From the NCBI RefSeq assembly GCF_009914755.1, contig NC_060930.1: a stretch of DNA of 64,000 nucleotides; one strand, 5' to 3'. The DNA comes from the human T2T-CHM13v2.0 reference genome, Homo sapiens. The notes under the pieces are model-generated. The model was given only the letters and a program-made list of their open reading frames with translations, searched no databases and had not been told where the DNA came from. Positions 11,794 through 24,735 of the stretch are shown here, piece after piece; positions within the stretch are counted from its first letter, which is position 1, and the number at the start of each line of letters is the position of its first letter. Both the position numbers and the translations under genes were made by a program.

Positions 11794-14321
11794 TGTATTA
11801 GTCCATTCTTGCATTGCTATAAAGAACGATCTGAGACTGAGTAATTTATAAAGAAAAGAGGTTTAACTGGCTCACAGTTCCACAGGCTGTACAGGAAGCA
11901 TGGCTGGGGAGGCTTCAGGAAACTTACAATCATGGCAGAAGGTAAAGGAGAAGCAGGCATGTCTTACATGGTCACAGTAGGAGAAAGAAAGATGGTGGGA
12001 GGTGCCACCTACTTTTAAACAACCAGATCTCATAAGAATTCACTCGCTATACAGTACCAAGGAAGGATGGTGCTAAACCATTCATGAGAACTCCTTCCCA
12101 TGATCTAATCACCTTCCACCAGGCCCCACCTCCAACAGTGGGGATTACAATTGAACATGAGATTTGGGTGGGGATACAGATCCAAACCATATCATTCGGC
12201 CCCTGGCCTCTCCCAAATTTCATGTCTTTCTCACATTTCGAAATACAATCATGCCTTCCCAGCAGTCCCTGAAAGCCTTAACTCATTCCAATATTAACTC
12301 AAAAGTCCACAGTCCAAAGTCATCTGAGACACAGCTATTCTCTTCCACCTATGAGCCTGTAAAATAAAAAAAACAGTTCGTTACTTCCAAGATACAATGA
12401 GGTATAGGCATTGGGTAAATACTCTTATTCCAAAAGGGAGAAATGAGCCAAAAGAAAGGGGCTACAGGCCCCACACAAGTCTGAAACCCAGCAGGGTAGC
12501 CATTAAATCTTAAAGCTCCAAAATAATCTCCTTTGACTCCATGTCTCACATCCAGGGCACATTAGTACAAGCAGTGGGCTCCCAAAACCTTGAGCAGCAC
12601 CACCGCCGTGGCTCTGCAGGGCTCAGCCCCTGTGGATGCTCTCCAAGGACTGGTGTTGAATGCCTGCAGCTTTTACAGGTGCAAGGTGCAAGCTGCTGGT
12701 GGATCTACCATTTTGGGGTCTGAACGACAGTGGCCCTCTTCTCACACCTCCACTAGACAGTGCCCCAGTGGGGATTCCATGTGGGGACTACAACCCCACA
12801 TTTCCCCTTTGCACTACCATAAAAGCAGTTCTCCATAAGGGCTCTGCCCCTGCAGGAAGCTTCTGCCTGGACATCTAGGCATTTGCATACATCCTCTGAA
12901 ATCCAGGTGGAGGCTCCCAAGCCCCAACTCTTGCACTCTGTGCACCCACAAGCTTAACACTACCTGGAAACTGCCAAGGCTTATGATTTGCACCCTCTGA
13001 AACAGTGACCTCAGCTCTACCTGGGCCCCTTTGAGCCATTGCTGGAGCTGGAGCAACCAGAATGTGGGAACCAGTGTCCTGCAGCAGTGCAGGGCAGTGG
13101 GGCCCTGAGCCTGGCCCAGGAAACCACTCTTTCCTTTTAGGCCTTCAGGTCTGTGATGAGAGGGGCTGCCTTGGAGGTCTCTGAAATGCCTTTAAGGCCT
13201 TTTCCCCATTGTCTTGGCTATTAGCATTTGCCATTCTTTTAGTAATTTTCTGCAGCATAATGTAATTTTCTGCAGACTTTGAATTTCTCCCCTGAAAATG
13301 GGTTTTTCTTTTCTACCAATGGCCGGGCTTCAAATTTTCCAAAGTTTTATGTTCTACTTCATTTTTGAATATAAAGAATTGGTTCCTTTTTCAACGACCA
13401 TGTGAATATAAGCCCAGGCTTTTAGAAGCAACCAGACAACATCTTGAATGCTTTGCTGCTTAGAAATTTCTTCTGCCAGACACCCTAAATCATCACTCTC
13501 AAGGTCAAAGTTCCAAAAGATCCAAAAGATCCTTAATTCTAAAGATCCGAAGATCCAAAAGGTCCAAAGTTCCAAAAGATCTTTAGTTCCAAAGATCCAA
13601 AGATTCTTAGAGCAGGGGCACAATGCCGCCAGTCTCTTTGCCAAAGCATAGCAAAAGTCACCTTTACTCCAGTTCCCAATAAGTTCCTAATCTCCATCTG
13701 AGACCTCCTCAGCCTGGACTTCATTGTCCATATCACTATCCACATTTTGGTCACGACCATTCAACAAATCTCTAGGAAGTTCCAAACTTTCCCTTATCTT
13801 CCTGTTTTCTTCTGAGCCCTTCAAACTGTTCCAACGTCTGCCAGTTACCCAGTTCCAAAGCTGCTTCCACATTTTTCAGTATCTTTATAGCAATGCCCCA
13901 CCCCTTGGTACCAATTTTCTGTATTAGTCTGCTCTCACATTGCTATAAAGAACTACCTGAGACTGGATAATTTATAAAGAAAAGAGGTTTACTTGGCTCA
14001 CAGTTCCACAGGCTGTACAGGAAGCATGACCGGTGAGGCCTCAGGAAACTTACAATCATTGTGGAAGACAAAAGGGAAGCAGGCACGTCTTACGTGGCTG
14101 GATCAGGAGGAAGAGAGAGGGGGGAAGGTGCCACACACATTTAAACAACTAGATCTCATGAGAATTAACTCACTATATAGTACCAAGGGGGGATGGTGCT
14201 AAACCATTCATGAGAACTCCGCCCCCATGATCCAATCTTCTTCCATCAGGCCCCACCTCCAACACTGGGGATTATAATTGAACATGAGATTTGTGTGGGG
14301 ACCCAGATCCAAATCATATCA
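11794..14321 (-). mobile_element. Complete THE1D (ERVL-MaLR) provirus: LTR 11794-12194, internal 12195-13919, LTR 13920-14321
   Basis: Two homologous tgtattag...atatca LTRs, aggctgtacaggaagcatgg diagnostic, THE1-int ORF relic on minus (MWKQLWNWVTGRRW), 5-bp TSD tatac/tgtac with one mismatch. Confidence 0.95.
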
Positions 14322-14829
14322 TGTACTTTGTGCATATGGCTATTTGTTGGTTTAGTTTAGTTTGTGAGAACACGAAGGAGGTGGTTTTTGTGCCAGATTC
14401 AATTCTGTGCAGATTAGAGATTGTTTGAGAGGAAACTGAGCCCCCTTGGGGATTCATAGGAAGCTCAGGAGGGCTGGGAGATTCCAAAACCATGAGAGTT
14501 GAGGGTTTCAATCACTTCTACCAAGATCCACAGGAAGAGCAAGGCCACAGCCGACATCTGTATTTGTATACACATATTCATTTACTCACCCAAGTCTAGC
14601 AAGCAAGAACAGGAGGGATTTCTGGATACAGCAAGATTGGCTGAAAACGTTCTGCAGAAAGTGAATTTTGTAGGACAGGATGAACATCACTGCTTAAAGA
14701 GTAGGAGTATTTCAAGATGGTAAGTGATATCTGTAAAGGCTCAGAGTCTGAAGCAGGAATGATGGGTGAGGGCTAGTGACTAAAGCATAGCAGGTATGAC
14801 CAGCATTGCCACTGAAGGATTCTCCTTGC

Positions 14830-15202
14830 TGCTTTAAGCAACAGGCACCTATTGTTTGTCAAGCACCCCCATTCTCCTAGGGAGGGTTTCCAACCACCCC
14901 ACCTCCATCTCCAGGCTTTTCATGGATGACTATTTTCCATGACCTGCCCCTCTCCTGGTGCTGCAGTGGTTGAATGTGGAGTTCATGGTTCCTATGATGC
15001 TGATTCAGAGGCCCTGGCTTGCTGAGCACAGGAGAATGTTGCATGATGAGCAGGAAGGAGGAAGAGATTTTTTTTGGTGGCTTCTAAGTTTCTGGATTCC
15101 AGTTAGTTCTGAGATCCAGCCACTTTCCTGTTCTTGGGTTTTAGATAACCCACTTTCCTAAGTTAACCATTACTTGCAACTAAGGAGTTCTATCAAGAAC
15201 AG
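14830..15202 (+). mobile_element. Old MLT1-type MaLR LTR relic
   Basis: 3' end acttgcaactaaggagttctatcaagaaca resembles old MLT1 termini. Confidence 0.4.
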
Positions 15203-16264
15203 TCCATATGAGGCCCTGGAGAGGGAAGATGAAAGAGCCCAGGGGTGACAGGAAGCCTGGCCAGGAAGGTCATATGAGTGGTCCAGGCTTGAGGAGACTG
15301 GAATCTTGGCCATAGCTGTGACAATGGGAATAAGCAGACCCAAATGGTGTTGGAGAGGACCAAGCTGTCGGAAGTGATGATGGAGTGGAGGGTTTCCCAG
15401 CATTTGGAGTGGCCACCACAGTTACATTTCCTTGTGACACCTTATTGGCTGCAGTGCTTTTATAGCAATGATGTATGGTATAACAGCCCAGTAGCTCCTG
15501 GGATGGGACCCAACAAGGAAACATGTCAGCCAAGGGCATTAATTGAGACCCAGGGGGTCTATAACTTTACCCAAAGAAGAGACCTTACCCAGCCTTTCCA
15601 AAAGGGAAATTAAGCAATTCAACTATCAATTCACCAGTAAGTCCTATTCTCTCCAAATGCAAATGCAGCTGCAAACCTCTGCAAGAAGCACCGAGGGCAG
15701 CTCCCTGGTGGCCCTGGGCTTGAGCTGAAGCATATGGCATCCAGGGAAAGCTGATCAACTGGGAGCTGAGTCCTGGAGGAGCGCCATGACAATAGGAACC
15801 AAGAATGTGTCCAAGTCAGAGGAACATTACCGCTCATTAGACAACAGCCTGTGTTTTCTAACCACCTATATAAATACTTGTGGCTCCTTCCCATGTGATC
15901 TAGGCTGCTGGTAAGCTTTTGAGAAATTTATAAAGTAGTGATCTGGACAAAACTTTTCCTTGCATAGATCTTTCCTTTGACTAAGATCCCTGACATTAGT
16001 TATTACAAATGTAAGAAGGAGTTTCTCGGAACAATGATTCCCTCAGAGCCTTTCTTTAGATTAAGGAAAAGTTTATACAGAACTTTATCCTTCCTTATAT
16101 CATGGAATATAGTTTAATCATCCATCAGCAACTCCAATACCTCCAAAGAAAATGTCAGTGCCTAAGAAAAAAGAAAAAGAATTAAATCGGCAAAAGAAGT
16201 AAATAAGTTAGTTCTTTGGCCTCCCAGCAATGGATTTCAAAGTATAAACATTGAATTCCTGCAT

Positions 16265-16649
16265 CGTCAGGATGAGCAGCTATGTTATGTTGCAGTAACA
16301 AAAGACCCCCAAAACCTTAGTGGCTTACACAAAGGTTCTTTCCCTGTTTGTGCTCCACGTCTAATGCAGATCATCAAGGGTCTCCACTCACCATTGTCAC
16401 TCAGTGACCTAGGCCAACAGAGCATCTCCAATTGGTTGCAGTGCCAGAGAATAGAGGTGTGGTAACTCACACGGTCTCTTCCTACTTCCACCCAGAAATT
16501 ACACATGTCAATTCCACTCACATTGCATGCTCAAAGCAATTCACGAGGCCACACCTCACTCCAGTGGGCAGTGGAGTGAAATCCCACCATGTGCCTGAGA
16601 ATGAGTGAGAACCAGGAATTCTTGTTGAAAAGCACTAATGACTATCACA
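16265..16649 (-). mobile_element. MLT1I-like MaLR solo LTR
   Basis: gtcaggatgagc...ttatgttgcagtaaca...agcactaatgactatcaca. Confidence 0.75.
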
Positions 16650-17686
16650 GTGTCTATCTTTAGAGACATCTAAACACTGAACCATTAGGTCCTAGCTATA
16701 AATGAAAAGAGAGTTTAGCAAAGAGCCTGAGATCATTGGGAAGATTTCATAGAAAAACTGGATCAAGGCTGTCCTTCAGGAAGGGGCGAGAATTAATCAG
16801 GCTGTGAGGAAGACATGAGTTACAAAATGGGGATGGCCTGGGCAAAGATTCAGAGATGGACCTGAACATGGCATTGCAGAAGATAACGAAGAAACTGGCC
16901 TAGTGTGTTCATGCAACCAGGACTCTCAGCCCCTAGACATCTATTGGGTAGCCTTGGCATCCCTGGGGTACATAGTAATGTAAACAATATGATTTAATCT
17001 GACTTATAGAACATAGAAAAATATTTCATTAGGCTTCTCTGCATAATAAAAATGGGGAGGATGACTTTCAACATACATGGAACTCTGAACACGTTCCAAC
17101 TTCCTCCCAGTTCTGCTCCATCACAGCAACGTATTATAAGTTGTTAGGACCCACAGTAGTCAAAACATTTATCAGGAGAACATTTATCATCTCCATTTAG
17201 GCCTTGCATAGAATAATGCAATTTGCAGTTAGACAATCCTGGATTAACACCTCTAGAATGGTTAGAATCCCTGGGATTCCCTTTGGTAAGGGACTAGATT
17301 TAGGTGCCATAATTATTTCTAAGATTTTTACCAAAACCCAGCATAGACTCATCAAATAAATTAAAGTAGCAAATAGAAGAAAGACAAAGAATCCCATCTA
17401 TAACTCTCTCCCTGTACCTTAATCATAACATGAAGCTACAAACAGAAAATGGAGAAAATCACCAGAAGCCCCCATTTTTATACAAGAAACAGCTAACTGT
17501 TGAAGAAGCTCTTATAAATCATTAAGGCGTTAACCTGGAGGAAAATATACAGTACAGAGGCAGAGGAGGATTTGAGATTAGGAAGTACTTTACCCCTTAA
17601 GTTGAGTGCTTAGTGTAGCTCATCCAAATTCTGTGTGAATGTCTACATTTTGGTCTTCCCAGTTTAGCACACAAAGTCCAAGTTTA

Positions 17687-18007
<321 letters not shown>

Positions 18008-18069
18008 TTATATATATATATACATTATATATATATAAGTAAGGTTAGATAAATAAGATGGGCCAGATT

Positions 18070-18420
18070 ATGGCAATTCCCCAACATCTGTCAAAAGAGT
18101 AGATGCTATGTGAGAGGCAATAAAGAGCCAAGATAGATTTGGGAGCAGAAGAATGATGTAATGAAAACCCTGGTTTGGGAAGGTTAATTTGAAAACAACA
18201 TGCAAGTCAATTGGAAGGGCAAGACCTGGAGTTAGAGAAGCCTCATAGAAAGATGCCATGTTTATCTGTAAATGAGCAATGGCTGGAGACCACAAATCAG
18301 AGACCCTCTTGTAAAGAAGTCTTGATAAAATAACAGATTTAGAGAATAAAAGCAAGTGAAAGATTACTCAAGGCTTTCCAACCCGAGAAATTGGAAAGAA
18401 AAAACCATCAACAGAAATTA
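18070..18420 (-). mobile_element. L2 fragment
   Basis: Degenerate antisense L2 motifs (gaaagattactcaaggctttc). Confidence 0.45.
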
Positions 18421-18425
18421 TGACT

Positions 18426-18782
18426 ATTATGGACTGAATGTTTGTGTCTACCCAAAATGTATATGTTCAAATCCTAACTCCCAATGTGATGGTAAGGAGG
18501 TGGGGCCTTTGGGGGGTAATTAGGTTGTGAGAGTGGAGCCCTCAGGAACAGGATTAGTGTCCTTACCAAAGACACTCCAGAGAGCTCCCTTGCCTTCTTT
18601 CTGCCATGTGAAGACAAAAGGAGACGTCAGCAGCCTGCAACCTGGAAGAGCCCTGTCACCAGGACCCAGCCATACTGTCCTCTAATCTGGGAGTTCCAGC
18701 CTCCATAACTGTGAGAAACAAATGTTTGTTTTTTAAACCACCCAGTTTATGGTGCTTCGTTACAGCTACCTGAGCTAAGACA
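18426..18782 (+). mobile_element. MLT1A MaLR solo LTR
   Basis: tatggactgaatgtttgtgtc...aaaccacccagtttatggt...gagctaagaca. Confidence 0.9.
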
Positions 18783-19109
18783 GGTACTTAGTAAAGGGAG
18801 TAATCCAGGTAGGAGAATGTCTAAGGTCAAGTCCCAGAGTTACATCTTCAGTTGCCCTGAGATCTATGGGAGTGTGTATGTTCCTAATCCAGGACAGCAT
18901 ATGACATTGAATAACGGGATTAACCCATCATTGACCAAAAGCATATTTCTTTAATTCTCTAGTACTGAGATATTAACATAAGAGCAGACAGTGAGCATTT
19001 CAATCAAGAAGAGAGACAGACCAAGTAAGCAGAGAACTCAGGCAGTTGTCAAATTCAACACAGTCATCATGTGTAGCAGAAACTCAGAGGTGCTCCCTTC
19101 AACTAGTGA

Positions 19110-19395
19110 TATCTTAATAACTATTCAAGACTCAATTCTAGCATTAGATCTTCCATGAAATGTTCTCTGACCCAAGTCTTAACTAAGCACTTTTTCCTCT
19201 GTGCTTCCACTGCACACTACGTACTTAATTCTCTTACGGTTTTCCCATTGTACTGTTGGTATTTGTTTATGGGTCTGAAGTAGATGGTAGCTCTTAGTAA
19301 CCAAAGACTTTGTTTTATCATCTTTATATCTATAATGGGAGTAAACACACATAGTAAACATATAATATGAATGAATGATTGAATGAATGAATGAA
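19110..19395 (+). mobile_element. L2 3' end
   Basis: Ends in acacatagtaaac...(TGAA)n tail. Confidence 0.65.
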
Positions 19396-19409
19396 GAAAG
19401 GCTCAGTTA

Positions 19410-20810
19410 ACAAGATTCCTGACTCTGATTATGATGAACTAACTTGTAACAGACCAATCCCACCAATTATGGCTAGAAAGCTGAATAAGATATGATACAA
19501 TGAAAACTACAAGAAAAAGCATCTAGTTAAAGGCATTGGGGAAGCTACCAAGGCAGCCAGGACTTAGGGAACTAAGATGCTGGAGAGAAAAAAAAAAAAC
19601 CCACACTGATGAGGCTGACAGTCTGCACCACTTTTCCTTTAAAGAATTTGCTAATTTATAAACAATGTTGGCAAAATGTCTGAAAAAACAAGGAGAGAGG
19701 GAATGAGAAGGTGAGCAGATCTTATGGCTGTCTCACAAAACTGTAAAGCTAAAAATTAGAATCCAGGGTTGCCAAGGCACCTAGCACTTGAGGGGCCAGG
19801 GTCCCAGAGAGAAGGGATGTACAGAGAAGTAAGCCTGATACTTGCCAAGTGTTTTCCTAAATCTTTTACAGATTTGTAATCAGTTCCCAAGAGACTGAAA
19901 AGTTATGTGCATCTTTCAGTGGCCTTATGGTGTTATGGAGATAAAAGTCAAGGCCCACCCAGGTTTTCCATTGGGACACCTAAACTGCTAAACTCTGGGA
20001 TATGGGTGAACTGCAAATACACTAAGCCTCATGAAGACTGAAGCCAGTTTCTAATCAGTTCAATCCCAGACTAGAACTATTTTTAAATAATTTTATATAA
20101 ATCACGTGAAGTCACATGGCTTTAGGTGACCCGCCCCTACTCTAACTGGTTGCCAAATACAAAAATTACTTCTCTCTGAAGGCAGATAACATTACCCAGA
20201 ACCTCTGTAATTTTTCATAAATAATCATGGCATCTGATCAAAAATTATGATGCTAGAAAGGAAGATCAAGTGACTACAAATTAAGAGAAAAAATAGATTA
20301 CAGAATGACACCCATAGGCAACCCAAATATTGAAATTATCAGATATGTAATTCAGGATAACTCTGATTGGTATGTTAAGAAAATAGGTGACAAGACGGAA
20401 AATTTAACTAGAGAAGTTAAATCTTTTTCTAAAAAATAGAAATTCTACAACTGAAATATAGTAACGGAAATTAAATACTTATGACTTTAATGGCAAATTA
20501 GATCCAGGAGAAGAGAGGATTTGTGGACTGGACGATAGTTCAGCAGAAAATATCCAGAGAAAAAAGAATGGAAAAAATACAGAAAAGGCCACAAGTTAAT
20601 TGGGACATGATGAAAAGAGCTAACATACATGAGATTGGAGTCCTAAAAGGGAGAGAAAAAAATGAGGCCACAGCAATATCTGAAGATTTAGCGGCAAAGA
20701 ATTTTCCAAAATTGATGAGAAAAACTTCAATCTCATATTCAGAAACCGAACAATTACCAAGCAGGATAAATCTCAAATGTCACACCATGCAAAACTCTTG
20801 AAAACCAAAT
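19410..20810 (+). mobile_element. Ancient L1M 5'UTR and ORF1 relic
   Basis: ORF 20523-20801 gives L1 ORF1-like peptide (KRANIHEIGV...KNFPKLM). Confidence 0.8.
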
Positions 20811-21269
20811 TAATTGGTTGCCAAGTTGACAAATTTCATTCTTACAGTAGGCTTCTACTAAGTGAAGTAAAGCAATCTTCTAAAAATGAACCTTCTTAAT
20901 TTTACCCTACCAAAATATGACTGACTAAAAATTTTTCAAATTTACTCCTAAAAAAAAATCTCAAAATTTCTTGTTACATCAGAGCATATGTTTTAAACAC
21001 ATGGATCACATCCAGCTTCACTCATTATTCATACTCAATCTTTTCCATTCATACCTCTGCAGCAACAGAAGGTCTATAAAATATTCAGCAGAGCACACAG
21101 TTGCTAAGTGAACATAATTTAAACAAGAGAACAAAGAGGTAGGCTCTGAACATTTCCCAAGATTGATGCAACAAGGTGAGATACATATACCTGCAAGAGA
21201 AGATGAAATGGCTAAAAGAGAGTTAAAAGTTGGTCTTGGAATATGTGTATGTTACACATACAATGAAAC

Positions 21270-21340
21270 AGATACATACAATAAAATTGTATGTATTAGA
21301 TACATACAATAAAATTGTATGTATTAGATACATACAATAA
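21270..21340. repeat. 28-bp tandem repeat (about 2.5 copies) with internal palindrome
   Basis: agatacatacaataaaattgtatgtatt at 21270-21297, 21298-21325 and partial 21326-21340. Confidence 0.9.
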
Positions 21341-21343
21341 TAA

Positions 21344-21464
21344 TTTTTTTGAGACAAGGTCTTGTTATATTGCCCAGGCTGGACTCTTAACTCCTGGGCT
21401 CAAGCAATCCTCCTGCCTCAGCCTCGTCTGTAGCTGGGACTACAGCCTCATGCCCCTGCCCAGC
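21344..21464 (-). mobile_element. FLAM (Alu monomer)
   Basis: Single left-monomer-length Alu with T tail. Confidence 0.85.
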
Positions 21465-23099
21465 TTACAGTCATAATTTTAAGAATAATAATAACAATAG
21501 TTTAGTTTCAGGAGCATCAGCTCTAGAATTTAGGAAAAATGAAGATTTTAAAATAATTTTATATAAATCATGTGAAGTCACATAGCTTTAAAGGAAATGC
21601 AAAAAATTATTTCCATTCTAAACTAATCTAATGAATTGTTACCCCATCATTAGCTCTTATAAAGCAATTAATCATAAGAACTGAATTTTTGCTTCTCTAA
21701 GGCATCTATATTTTAGATTTTGTTAAAAGAGCATTGATCCTGTTCCTCTACGATTTCATTATAGCTCTTCACTTTTATTCCTTTCAATCAAAAATGATAA
21801 ACATAAACAAACCTGAGAGCTGACACGGTATTACAGGTTTTCAAAACAGCTAGGCTAATCACCTCATCATGTCAGATCAGTAATTTCGAAGAGCACCATG
21901 ACTACAGAGAAGACTGCTATGAAGGTGTGTGCACATACACAATTTTAAGTAATGTGACAGCTTTGTCACAAAATGTGTTTTTCTTGAGAAGATGAATAGA
22001 AATCTATGTTCTCATCTGCTCCAAAGAATGGGCCAGTTTGTACACGTGGTTGCCAATTAAATCTTAAGACTCTTTCAATTTTAGAGAAAAATAGAATGCT
22101 ATAACTTAACCCTTTCCTCTTTCATCCCAAAAGAGAACATTCAGAAAGTACCAATGCTGAGTATTTCATGTTTTTGATATAATTTATCACAGTTCATAAC
22201 GCACGTCTTTTTTCCAGAAAACGAATTACTTCACCTATCCCCTATGAAAAGAAATTATGACTAATACTCTGAATACCTTCTTGAGCACAACAGTTACATT
22301 TATGGAATGTGAGAGCCAAAATAGAGTGACACAGAATGGAATGGGGCTTTAGGGCATGGGGACAGCAGAGGGCCCGCCACCCTTTTGACTGTAATGCTGA
22401 GAAAATATTCATCCCTAATCATGATCCCAAGCCATGCGGGCGCATTTCGTGAGCTCCCTCAGGTGGCTAGGCCTCCAACTAAGTACCTGGGTTTGCATCT
22501 CACACAGCACGGAGTCCCTGCACTCAAGGATTCTATAGACCAGAAGAGAGAAAAGCCACAGAATATTAAACGTGAGACACAGACATATTTCCACTCCATC
22601 CACTCTGCACCGTGGGCAGACACAGGTCTCTATGTGTGTCAGCCTCCTATTGCAGGTCCATCTTCCTGAGGCCAGCTCTGCCTCTGACTTGCTATGTAAT
22701 TGACTATAAGGTAATAAAACAAAAAAGGGACAGTGCTTGTATGTCCAAATGCATCAAAGTCATCCAGTTGGGATGCTTCATGAAGCTGTGTACTTAGGAC
22801 AGCAAGACTGGCGTCCCCAAAAGAGTCTAGCCATGGTCGTGGCCACGATGATGGCCTCAATGGTTACCACGATACACTGACACTTGCCCATGTGGGGTGG
22901 GCTTGCTGGGAGGGGAGGAAGCCCAGAGGGGTCAGTTCTGAGGCTACAGGAGAGATGGGGAATAGTGGAACAGAGTAGGGGGCAGCCCGCACCATGGGTG
23001 CCCAGGGCATGGGGAGCACAGGCCTACTGTCTCCTGTTTTGCCTCCTTGGTTCTTTCTCATCTTGGTAAAGAGTGGCAGGATTTATTGTTCCTCCCTAA

Positions 23100-24735
23100 C
23101 TTTCACAGGCAATCTTCTACTCAGGTGTTTTTGTTTCTCCCTCTCTCTGTCAAAGACTCTTTTTTCAGGTAGTTCTGAAACTTTGCAAAAAGGATGCGTA
23201 GGTGTGGGCTTTTTTTTTTTTTTTGTCATCATGCTGGATGACCAGAATACACTTCTTTTTCTGGCTGGTCACATTCAGTTCTGGAAATGTGTTCTTAATT
23301 TTTTAAATTTTTAAAAATTTGATTTGTTTCTCCCTTCCATCTTTCCTCTTTCTGAAATGTCTACAATTTGGATGTTCTGATGTGATCCTCTATTTATCTC
23401 TCTTCTTCCCCCACTCACTTTTCCTCTCCTTGTCCTTCCATTTTTCTTTCTGGATATGTGTCAACTTCACCAGCTAATTTTTTTATTTTTGGCTATCATA
23501 TATTGGGATGTCTAAATCCCTTTTCTTGTTATGTTTGATTCTTTTCTATAGCATCCTATATTTGTTCCCCGTAAGTAGTTTCTTCTCTCATCTCTCTGAA
23601 GTCATTCGTTACATTTATTTTCTTAATTTTATTTTGTACCTATGTTGTCTGTTTCCTGTGGTGTTTTTTCTTTCTGTTTGAATCTCTGTTACTCAGTTAA
23701 AGGCTTTATATAGATGCATGGTTAGTCTTGGCTGTCTCTTCATATTTACGAATGAGACCCTAAGAAGAATATTGGATCCATTATAAGAGCAGGGCTTAGA
23801 GCCAGACACAGTGGTACATGCCTGTGGTTCCAGCTCAGGAAGCTGAGGCAGGAAAATTGCTTGAGCCCAGGAATTTGAGGCTGTGGTGCACTATGATGGC
23901 ACTACACTCCAGCCTGGACAACATAGAGAGAATCCAGCTCAAAATAAAATAAATAAATAAAAATTTAAAAATAAAATAAAAAACAAAAGAAAAGCCTGGC
24001 TTACAGACATGGCTTTACTGTAGAATGATTTTCACTGAAGCACTAAATGCCAATATTGAAATTATTTCATCTTGGGCCAGTGTTCTGAAAGAGGAGTCTT
24101 TTGATCTCATATTTCGGGTTGTAAGCCCAACTATCAGTCTTGGGGGTTGAAGTGAACTGGAGATTCTATAATTTGGGATGTTTATTTTCACTTTATCCCT
24201 ATTTTTCAGTATCAATTCCATATCCACACCCCTCAACTACACTTGATGTCTCCAAATCCAGAGCTTATTCAGTTCAAAGTGCCCAAAAAGTAAACCTCTC
24301 ACCTTGTCTCAGAATGAGAAGTATGTGATTGTCTCCTTATATGAGGTGAAAGAAGGAATCTGAAGCCCGAATTCTCCGTAACAACTTGACCTCAGTAGTT
24401 CTGTTTTCAGCCCACCTGCGTCCTGACACAATGCTCTGATTCCTGAGTTTTTCCAGAATTCTATGACAAGAAAATTGTGTTTTCTACCCCGTCTCCCACC
24501 CCTCTCAAACTTCCATCTAGAGCTTAGGTAGTAGTCATTTCTGGGATTTAAGCCATTTATTTTTCTTCATTTTTCTTTCCAATTTTCAAAGTACCGACTT
24601 CTAGCTGCAGAAATTTTCCTCTTTTTCTTTTAATTATTGTGGGTTTATGATGTGTTATTCCTTCACTATCATTTTAATGGGACTTCAGAGGGGAGATAAA
24701 ATAAATAGTGTGTTCAAACCTGGTTAACTGGAAGT
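23100..24735 (-). mobile_element. Ancient L1M 5'/ORF1 relic
   Basis: T-rich antisense L1 composition; ends ttaactggaagtc like old L1 5' termini. Confidence 0.55.
23800..23989 (+). mobile_element. FRAM/FAM Alu monomer
   Basis: Monomer with A-rich tail; degenerate TSD aagagcagggctta / aaaagcctggctta. Confidence 0.85.

Noticed and set aside
11287-11814. 175-aa minus-strand ORF
   Set aside because: Starts in the THE1D LTR edge and crosses a low-complexity tract; no homology recognised
13501-13608. CRISPR-like repeat-spacer appearance (also considered for 55699-55786)
   Set aside because: No unique spacers, no cas genes, primate repeat context
17164-17189. aacatttatca short direct repeat
   Set aside because: Too short and AT-rich to separate from chance or trivial slippage
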